DNA from: Ruditapes philippinarum | Lineage: Eukaryota | Direction of reading: 5' to 3' | Assembly (NCBI RefSeq): GCF_026571515.1 | Contig: NW_026865297.1 | Span: forward strand, 124,001-188,000 | Length of the DNA stretch: 64,000 nt | Part shown: positions 54,151 through 64,000 of the stretch, piece after piece | How positions within the stretch are numbered: position 1 is the stretch's first letter | How the letters are laid out: every line of letters begins with the position of its first letter | Notes under the pieces: model-generated | Database searches by the model: none | The model's input: only the letters and a program-made list of their open reading frames with translations | Told to the model about the DNA's origin: nothing | Made by a program: the position numbers and the translations under genes

Positions 54151-57100
54151 TTAAAATTTGGTATCGTAGAGAGAAGGACTTTTTCATTCCCTTAAAAAAG
54201 AGACTTTAGGTTAAGAAAAATATTTATTAGGTCATATGACGATTTTTCCTTTGCTTAATTTGGTGAGGAATCCCCTCAGGTGTTTTTTCTATGCATTTTT
54301 TTAGGCACATAGGGGCTTTTAGGGGTAGAATCACTGACGTTTTAAATAGATTATGGGGTTTTGGGGTTTTCATACCCCTTAAAACTTGACAAACTTTTAA
54401 ACCTTTTGGGACAGTTTTTTTTCCTTTTGAAAAAAAAAAGAAAAAAAACGGGGAGTTGGATCAATCTATTAAAATTTAGATTGTTTGGGCCCCGAGGCGT
54501 TTCTAAAATCAGTTTGATTTTCCGGGGCAAAAATGAAAAGGGAAGAACTGAATTTTAAGAAAAATTTTTTCACTGGTTTTAAAAAAATTAAAAATTTTGA
54601 AATCTGGGAATCTCATTTGGCCATTAAAAAAATGGAAAGGTTTTAGTTTTTTTAAAATTTTAAAAAAATAAGATTTTAAGGATATTTCTAAAATCAAAAA
54701 GTTTTTAAAAAAGTTCTTGCCAATATAGATAAAAAGTAAATTTTTCTAAAATAAAAAGTGCAAAAGTTCTTTAATTTTTAGCCTCAGATATTTAGTATCC
54801 GTGTCTGTTTAAACATACTTCCCCCCAAAACAATATACACTAGTTTTTAAAATTTTTTATTCCATTTTTTAGTAACATTTTTTTTTACCTTTAAAAACTT
54901 ACTCAGTTTTTTTATAAAAAAAAACTTACTGTTTTTATTAAATTTTTCCCAATATAACGAGACCCCAAAAATAACGTTTCGATCCTGTTATTTTTCTCAT
55001 GCACACAAAAAAAATCGAAAAAATCACCGATCAGGTACCCTTTAGTTTTTTTGATGTTCTATAAAATTTGCAATATTTTATTTTGATTATTGATGTTTTT
55101 GATTTTTTTTCCATAATAGGGATTTTTTGAAAAATAAATCAAGTATTTTTTAAAAAACATGCCTTTCCACTGCGCAGATGTTGGCTGCCAAATAAAACCC
55201 AAAAAAAAACAGATCCAAATTTTTGGGAAATTCAAAATCTTACACTTGGGTTTAATTTTAAGTGAATAACCCAAATTTTTTTTATTGTTTCCCAAAGAAA
55301 AATAAAAAATTGAAAATAAACTGTAAAAGAAAAATTTTTGATTTTTTAAAAAAATTTAATTTTTTTTATTTTTTATTTTTTTTAAATTTTGCTTCAGAAC
55401 CCCAAAATTTCACATAGTTATGAAAACCCCATTTAGGTATATTTTCTGTTTTTTGTTTGTTTAAACTTTAAGGGCGGTTTAAAAAAGTTTTTGATTTTTT
55501 TATATTTTTTTTTTTTTCATTTTTTTTGTTTTTCATTGAATTAAAGAAAAAAAACGTTTAAAAAAAGTTTGGGTTTATTTTTATCCCATCATTTTTATTA
55601 ATTTTTCCTTTTATTTCTATTTTGAAATTTTTTCAAAATTTTGATACTTTTAATAGTTTAAATTTAATATTGCATATGATTTTCATTTAATTTTTAAAGT
55701 CAAAGTGAAAAAAAAAGAAATATGGACACCTATAACAAATTTTGGGTTTGAAAAACACACATGTACAAGTAAAATAGGTTACTTCTGGCCTATTTTTTTC
55801 TTATTAAAAAATTCTTGTTAAAAAAATCTGATACTAAGTCCCAAAATATTATCTAAAGAAAATATTCAGAGGGAACTTAAGGCCAGAAATTCGCGTAAAA
55901 ATTAGATATAAAAAATTGCAAATGTACAATAGATTGAAAAAGTTATCTTCACTATAAAATCTTATTAAATACGTAGTGTAATCAAAAACACATTTCTTTA
56001 TATAATAAATTGATTTTTTAAAAAAAAAACGCCATATGCTTTCTTGAAAACACTTTAAAAGTTTCAATGGTCAGACAAAGACTTTATCAGGGAAATTGTA
56101 AAAAGATTTGGCAAAAACCTATAATAGCCTTTTAATAACATTTTAAATTGGACAAAAATGATTTGATATAACATGTATATACCGGGCAGCGGCTGAAACT
56201 GTTTTTTTGTTAAATTTGTTATTTATGTATAACCCCTAAAAAACTTGTTTGACGCACTGAATATAACATATGGGCGCACAGAATAAATTTCATATCTATT
56301 TTATTATATGTTTACCTTTTTTACCCGGGGAGAATTTTAAAACACTCTTTTCAAATATAACACTTTAAACTGATTTCAACAAACCCCCATCTACATGTTT
56401 AAAGTAATTTTGAAGGGAATTTTAAAAGGCCCTATCAAAGTTTTGGGCCCCTTTTAAAAAAACATCAATTATTTTTTCAGAGAAATTAGGATAAAGTACA
56501 AAAAGGGCGAAATTTTTTTTCCAAAAAAAAATTTCCCAAACGGGAAAAGTTAAATTTCAAGGAAAATTTACATTTGTTTCTTTTCTCTTTATTGTTTTAA
56601 TTTCATTTATCTAACAAAATAATTTTGCTTTTATTTTTTTGTTTTTTTTTTCTCAAACCATAACCTTGATAAAACATACAACCTTGATATATTAAAATAA
56701 ATGTCTCAATTTTGACCTTTAGGTGGTGAATATAGATTTTAGTTAATATAAAACATCTACTAAAGTGACATTGAATTGCGCTTCTTGGACTGTTATATTA
56801 CACATTATTTTATTTTATTAAGAATCAAAAACTATTGTCTCTCCGTTTCTTTACAATTATGGTTTCAACGATTTGTCTCGTATTATAAACCCTTGGTATA
56901 ACTTTCTAAACGGTTCTCCATCGACCTTTAGATTTGGAGCATGGCAGGATTATTGTTCAATAACAAACAAACCTGTCATTAAAATGCGCGTTCTTGGGGA
57001 AACTAATGGCCGGTTAATTCTTTAGTACCAGCTTTCGCACTGACAAAAATTACCCAATTTCATAACACGGAATATCATATTTGCTGTCATAATTATTCCA

Positions 57101-59984
57101 TAGTATTTAGGGGGTTATCATAAATCTTTAGGGTTTAAATTTAAAAAATTTTTCAAGAAAATTTTTTTAATTTTTTTGAAAAGAAATATTTAAAATTTTG
57201 GGAAATAAAGTGAAATAAATGTGCGGGCAAAATAAAAAATTTTTTTTTGTTTTTTAATAAAAACATGAAGACTTGTACAAAAAAACCCCCTAAAAAATTT
57301 TTCTTTTTTGTTCCTATTAAAATTAATATTTAATTTTTATGCGTTTGTAATTATTTCATAAGACATGTTATAAGGGGCTAACATTCGGAGACGAGCTATA
57401 ACATAAAATTGCATGTACCCGTAAAGTTTTTGTGTCTATTAGGGGCAAAATTTTAACATGGGAAAAAAATTTTTTTTTCTTTTTAAAAATCATTACAAAA
57501 CCTGATTTTTGAAAAATTTTAAATGTGTGTTTTACACAAGATAAAACCCGAAATTTTTAATTTTTACCATTTTTTAAGAATTTCAGTTTCATTTTATTTA
57601 AAAATGGTCGTGACATCTGAAAAGAATTATTTCCCAAAATTTAATTGAAATGAACAATTATTTAAATGGGAAAATTCCCAAAATTATAAAAAACAAAATT
57701 TCAATTATATCATTTATTTTTCAAAAAAAAAATAAAAGTTCAAAACCGGGAACAATTATTTGTAAATCAAGCATAAAAAACATTTTTAAAAATATTTAAA
57801 TCGTTTTTTTTTATTCACTTTTAAAAAGAAGTTTTAGCTAAAAAACAACCCAAATTTAAAAATCTTTTGCTTTTTTCTTAAATTTTTGGTTATTATTCAA
57901 ATGTTAAAAGCGATATTTTTGTATTTTATTTTTATATTCGGTTGAAAGTATTCAATTTTAAAAAGCGACAAATAAGAAAAAGAAAAACTTGTCATGTTTA
58001 GACATTTTGAAACATGCTTTTCAATTTTTTCTTTGATATTTAAAAAAAAAAAACCCCTCCATTTGTCTTTTTTAAAGTAAAAATTTTTTTAATGAAATAG
58101 TTTTTTAAATCACGCAATCAAACAAGGGCTATGTCATGGAAATAGGGTAACAGGGATTCAAAAAGACTTAATCATTATTTTTGATATATTTTTAAAACTC
58201 CAACACTTTATTGGAATATAGTTTTCCCAAAAATTTTTAAAATAAACCCATCTTTCAGAAGGGAAGTGTTTTAACGGGTTTTTGTCAAAACTCATCAAAG
58301 TTTTGAGGGATTTTTTGAAAGTTAAATGATTTACTGTTGTATGAAAAAAAAATCATTTTTACATTTAAAAAAATATTTTTTTTTTTGATAAAAATTTATT
58401 TTTTAAACATCAGAAAACAAAAAAAACAACAACAAAAAACAACACACAAAAAAAAACAAACAAAAAAAAAAGAGGAGAAACCATCTTTGAGCCAAAACCC
58501 AAAAATTTTAACAGCTAAAGTTTCTGGGGAGTAGAAAGATATTAAACATTTTTATTTTTAAAGAATTTGGAACCCCAGACTATTCCCAGTCGGAGCGGAT
58601 GGATAGTATAGTTACAAAGGCATATCGTGGGAGGATATGCCATTCTATTTAGAAACTTTCATTTACCTGCCTATGTCTATTATATTGAAATATCGCTAGG
58701 TTTCAGCGTGATAAGTGATCATATATCTACTGGAAAAGTTATATCTGAACACAGATTAATGAAAAGTATTTTTATATATGTTTAAACCCAAAAATGTTAT
58801 TTAAAGGGAAATATTTTACAGAATTAAAAAATGTTATTTAAAAAACTTTTTTACAGAACAAAAAATGGGAAGGGGAAAAAGAAACTTTTTCTGTTTTCTG
58901 TCTTTTAAAGGCGGATACATATTTTTCTTATTCCTATTTTACATTTGGGTTATTTATACCTGGAATCACCTGTTATTTCCCTCATAAAAGACATGTTCAT
59001 TTTTATTTCCCTAAAAAATAGGGGAAAGTTTTTGTTATGGGTTTTATGTATTTAAAAACTTTCCGACGTTTACCTCTTAGTCAGCAAAAAAGGGCTATTT
59101 TGAACATATCTTTGTTTTTTTTTGATTTTTGTTTTTTTCCTTTGTTTTTAAAATTTTTCTTTTTGGGTTTAAACAAGTTTGTATCATTTATTGTTAAAAA
59201 TGTTATGGTAGGGCCTCAAATGGGTTTATTGCCAGTTGTTTATGAGCACGCGGCTTCTAAAGATATATGTATAAACATAATTATATGATTGCTAATATTC
59301 CCAAATGACTTTGTAATGCCCAAAGGTAACTCTGTTAATTTTAGCCATGAGGAGTTAGGATATGTACATTTAAAGTACAAAGTTTACGTGCTTATATTCT
59401 AAGAGGGAAAACTAAAAAATAAAACAAGTCCAATAAGGAAATTCACAAGGACGTTTTATGTCAAAGAAAGCCCCACTAAATTATGCAAATAAGTGGTAGC
59501 AAAACGGAAAACCATATCCACATATAAGAAATAATTCGATTCCTCGCTACATTAGAAATCCAAATCATAGAATGTCATAAATGTATTTTTTCCCTGTCTC
59601 TATAAATATCAAAAAGACATCGTGGTTTCAGTATCATGCTTTATCTCATATCATGATCATGAACAATTTGAAATACCTCCATTGACCTTTACATTTAAAA
59701 TGTGGCTGATTTTCATCAGTTATATAACACACCTACGTTATTGAATTGAATCGAGTTCTTGCATTCCATTGTCATCAATTTTTCATGTATCAGGTCTGAT
59801 TACAAACACTTTTATCTCTTATAATGAAATATCACATTTCTGTCGTATTTTTCAGGCGTTATTATGAATGTTAAGTTTAAATAAAAATGTTTAGATATTT
59901 TCACAGTTAATGACTATTGTTTATTTTATTTATAAAAGATTCTCGTAAACGAATGGAAATGTACGACAAATTCATGTTGATAAA

Positions 59985-60122
59985 GTGTTTGAAGACGTGT
60001 GTCACGTACTGCCTTGTTTTTTGTTTTTTTTTTTGCTTTTTGTATATGTATATATTGATGTTTTGTCAATGGCTCTTTTTAGGGCTAAAGTACAAGACAA
60101 AAATTCTTCTTCTTCTTCTTTT
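59985..60122 (+). mobile_element. Possible LINE 3'-UTR fragment with (TTC)n tail
   Basis: T-rich UTR-like tract, ggctc...gggct short stem and (ttc)5 tail, directly abutting a half MITE. The architecture resembles the 3' end at 34900-34958. Confidence 0.4.
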
Positions 60123-60256
60123 AAAACTTTTAACAAGTAGAGAAACTGATAGCGAACAACATGGATCCTGATCAGACTGCGCGGATGCGCAGGTTGGTCT
60201 GGATCCATGCTGGTCGCAAACGCACTATGTTGGTTTTGTCGTGACGCGGCTCAAAT
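60123..60256. mobile_element. Half copy of the palindromic MITE, opposite orientation
   Basis: Loop acaagtagagaaactgata, then one full arm ending gttggttttgtcgtgacgcggctcaaat. A distorted paralogue lies at ~47990-48095. Confidence 0.9.
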
Positions 60257-62824
60257 GTACACGTGTCATAGAAAATGAAACTAAGCGTCTTTAAGATCCG
60301 CATTTACGCATGTTGTGATATTAATACTTCTTTTACTAGCATTGCAAATTTATTGCTTATTATCTGCATATTTTGAAAATAGTGTTATAAAAAGATAACA
60401 TGTATATTCAGGTGCTCCATATAGGCTTCAGTAAATATGTAATATATTATACCATTTTTTTACAAACAAAAGTAAGGATTTTTTATGCATTTCAACATGT
60501 CGTGACATTTATTTATTGTCGTATTCTAAAATTTCAATTTAATTTAATTAAATCGATTATGAAAGTGGGACAGAAGTGCCTGTAGTTTGTTTACAAAGTT
60601 ATTTAAAATACGGTTATACAATTTTTTTCATGATTGGTCAACAAGGTATAAAATTTCATATTTAAGGGAACATTTACGGTAAATTAAGTAGCAATAAAAT
60701 TGTTTATTGAAGACTTAAACAAAATTTAAGATTAGACGCTATGGTTTATTAAGTTTGCGTACGATATTGATATGGTTGGATTTAGTCTTCTTTTGTTTTA
60801 ACATTTATCAAACTTTTAAACTAAAACTTATTTTCGGGTTTTTTAACATTTTATCTTTTTAAGAGAGCATTTTATTTTCAATTTATCATAATCAAAATTA
60901 TATTCTAATATTATAAAAAAATAAGTATTTCATATATTACAACCCAAACTTTAAGGCTGTTCTGCCTTGACTGTTCATTTAGTGTATATATCTTTAAGGC
61001 GATACATTTTTTTAATCTCATTTACTTTATTCAGTGTTGAAAGCAGACAAAGAAGGGGAAAAAATTAGAAATTATCATGTTTCAGACATAATAATGTGCT
61101 GGATTTATCTAGGAATGTCTCTTTGATATAATTCAAAGCACCATCCTTTCGTCTTTTTATGTACATTATATAAAGAAATGGCTTTATCACCATGCAATAG
61201 TTGACGACCATTTACTTTATATACTGCCAATAAGTACAAATTTCACACACATATTTTCATGCATTTAAGACAAATTCAGAAATAACTTTGTTTATTCAGA
61301 TTTATTTTTGAAGTCACGTGGCAAAATTCCCACCTTAGTTATATATTATTATCCCTGTAGTTCTGTCGAGATGAATGACACATGAGAAATCAAAGTGCTG
61401 CAGCACTGAATGCGACGGACATGCAACCGGAGAGACATTAAGGCTTTTTTTTTTAGAAAAAAAAAAAACAACACAAAAGATATAACAGAGAAAATTTGTT
61501 CCATACAAGTACGAGATTTGTAGAGCAATATAGTTTATGTGTCCCATTCTGATATAATTCAGATTTTCTACTTTCAAGCAGAAAAGTCCAAATTTTTAAA
61601 TACAGAATGAAATTTATGCCTGAAAACTCTGGTCAAACTTTTAAATCAGTGCCCTAATCGATTTATTCCAAGAAATGATATGTAAATAGAAAAAACTGTC
61701 AACGAAATATTTCTAAAATAAAACCATGCAAATAAACTTCAATCATAATACATAATACATGTGCATGAGAATGTTAATTAGAATTGCTTCGTGTTATATC
61801 ATAGTGGGCATATAGACAATAAAATATAAGTCATTTGTATTTTTATTTCTCTTGGATATGTCTCATTAAAAATATTTTTGGTTAAAATCATCAGCAATTA
61901 ATAGTGTATTTTTTAGATTTTTTTTTATTTATGTCACTTAAGCACTACAGTGTTTAGTTGCCCCTTTCAATTTCACACTAAATTCCATTTTCAACTTGTT
62001 TGCTGCTTACAATTGTATAGAATTTATTAAAGTATTGAATGTAAACAAAGTAAGTATCCGGTAACTTATTACATGTATAATGTGTACTCGTCCGAAAGTC
62101 AGCACAGATGATGAAGAATCTATTTTTAGAATAGTGTTATGTTCTGGTCGAAGGCTTTTATAATCTCATAGCAGGTTAACTCATATCGTGGCCTAGAAAA
62201 CTATGTAAACAAAACACGAGAATCGGAAGTAAACTGATATTATAACTTCCTTCAATGAAGATTAACATGAAAGACTACATGGTGGTAAAGTGTTGAAAAA
62301 CTCCCTTGCTACATGCATTTTCAAAAATAGATATTTATAATACTAACCATTGTACTGTAGTCTAATTTATTAACAACTGCTGGATATTCAGCTAAACCCG
62401 CGGTATGAGTCACGAAAAGAGTTCTGCTTTTATTAATGCGCGAGTTATTCTAAAGTCACGAAAAACTTTTGATCTGTTAATAAAAATGTTTTGTTTAATG
62501 GGGAAATATTTACATCCTGCTTATATTTTTTATGAATTATTGAGCTTACTCCCTAATTATAGCATAATTTGCTGTCCTACTTTTTCGACAGCAGTAAATC
62601 GTTTCAGCAGTTATTTGCATAATTGCGGCAATAATGCTACGGGGCTTAACAGCCCGTTTTTTATCAATCAAACGTTTAATAATTTTTTAACTTGGATAAC
62701 TTAATTTGGAAATTGAAAAGGCTAAATATGGAAGTTTTTAAAGATATCCCGACGAAGTATGGGAAGTTTCATAGGATCAAATTTCATGTACTATTTTCGT
62801 GGGCTTGTTTTTTTCGGTTTGAAG

Positions 62825-62916
62825 GACACATTGCGCGATTGTAGCCAACGAAATCCCATGTGTAGATGACATAGCTCTGAACGCGCCTGAGGCAGATGAT
62901 CGCTTGTATGTAAAAG
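62825..62916 (+). other. Candidate exon (92 bp) of an unidentified gene or pseudogene
   Basis: Pyrimidine tract + AG acceptor (cttgtttttttcggtttgaag), GC-richer open frame THCAIVANEIPCVDDIALNAPEADDRLYVK, and a consensus donor AAG|GTAAGT. Confidence 0.35.
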
Positions 62917-63325
62917 GTAAGTTCCTGCTTTTTATCTTTTTCTTTTTTTCCTTAAAGCGATTTAGTTCAATGCATAAATTGATTGAGATATATATTGATA
63001 CATGGATTTAGATGGATGATTCAGTTTATGGAGTGATAGATGGTTGTATGGATTGACGGACGGTCGGACGGATGTATGGATGGATGGATTGCAAAATACA
63101 ATGGGAAACAATGGTATATCATAAAAAATAAAAACAACAGAAACAAAATTTAAACCTTCATCAAAAGCAATGTCTGACAACATTTCATGTTCAGAAAAAC
63201 AACAACAAAAACAAACAACAAAAAAACCCAAAGAAACAACAAACAAATTATTACTTTTTACTTCACATCGGATATTTTGTTTTAAAAATCCCATGAATTA
63301 TTTTGAAAACTGTCACCTGCATTAC

Positions 63326-63438
63326 GGGCACCTGAGTAGAACCTTTGATATTCGTAAGCTGGTGGAATTCGATCCCACAGCGGTGAAGGGCAACTGGTTT
63401 GAAGTCAACGACCACAACTACCCGGTCATTGACGCCCC
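63326..63438 (-). mobile_element. 5' part of a tRNA-derived SINE (paralogue of 49775-49929, with an internal deletion)
   Basis: gggcacctgagtagaacc...ggtggaattcgatcccacagcggtgaagggcaactggtttgaagtcaacgacc...gacgcccc. Confidence 0.7.
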
Positions 63439-64000
63439 AAAAATCAATGAATCTGGTTCCTAAAATATCCTTGTGTATACGCCTGACGTTTCTTCAAATG
63501 AAATAAGTAAATTGCATTTAGAAAGTATACCCCGTTGTAAAATTTCAAAACATTAATGAAAAAGGCTGAGAAAATCCACAACATTGAGATTTCCAAAGTT
63601 CTACATTATGAATTTTACACATTTCTCATTCAGGAGTTATTTGTTAGAAGCTATGTTATACATACGAGTATATGTCTGATTAATATAGAAACCAATATAC
63701 TAGTATTTGAATCTAAGTTTATATTCTGTAACGGATACCAATATCAGAGAACAAGAATATGTTAGGTTTTTGTATAAAGTTTATTTCTGAGACTTATGTG
63801 CCTTTTAGATTTATATCTCGCTGGTAAAAATGTGATAAATAAACCATGCAGCTAAATAATTAAGGGACAAAAGGATGGTAACATGTCAGTAGAAATGATA
63901 CTTTTGTGATATACTAATATATGTCATGTGTAGATAGTATGATACCATGTATAATTTGTTTGTATGATACCATGCATACAACTAAATATCCCTTCTGTTC

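Larger units (their letters stand above)
53180..63960 (+). repeat. Second segmental duplication, copy 2 (may run past the window end)
   Basis: See copy 1. It lacks the LINE but has an extra MITE (53924-54150) and extra segments at ~54340-55850 and ~61390-62888. Confidence 0.88.

Noticed and set aside
46759-59288. Lys/Phe-rich ORFs resembling membrane or basic proteins
   Set aside because: Products of homopolymer-distorted sequence; the clean paralogue does not encode them.
1-64000. Prokaryotic defence system, operon or intact viral genome
   Set aside because: No long intact ORFs other than LINE remnants, and no hallmark viral or bacterial genes are recognisable.

Overview
Very AT-rich eukaryotic DNA with no intact protein-coding gene, rRNA, tRNA gene or CRISPR array that I can support. 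The repeat content (RTE-X-like LINEs, a tRNA-derived SINE, a palindromic ~240-bp MITE) suggests an invertebrate, probably a bivalve mollusc (inference). The window has two parts. (1) ~3-39 kb is a decayed tandem array of about four copies of a ~10-11 kb unit. Each copy carries its own deletions and transposon insertions: a Harbinger-like MITE, a MULE-like MITE, a satellite-filled foldback element with a 6-bp TSD, a probable solo LTR and a LINE. On the minus strand the unit keeps traces of long, apparently intronless reading frames from a protein family I cannot recognise, including two paralogous cores; this is the most interesting signal. (2) ~41-64 kb is a second direct duplication (~41.1-50.6 kb vs ~53.2-64 kb) that differs by LINE/MITE insertions and contains possible exon remnants. 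It has long homopolymer-distorted stretches that look like unpolished long-read sequence, so it may be partly an assembly artefact. All alignments and translations were done by eye, and array and duplication boundaries are approximate.
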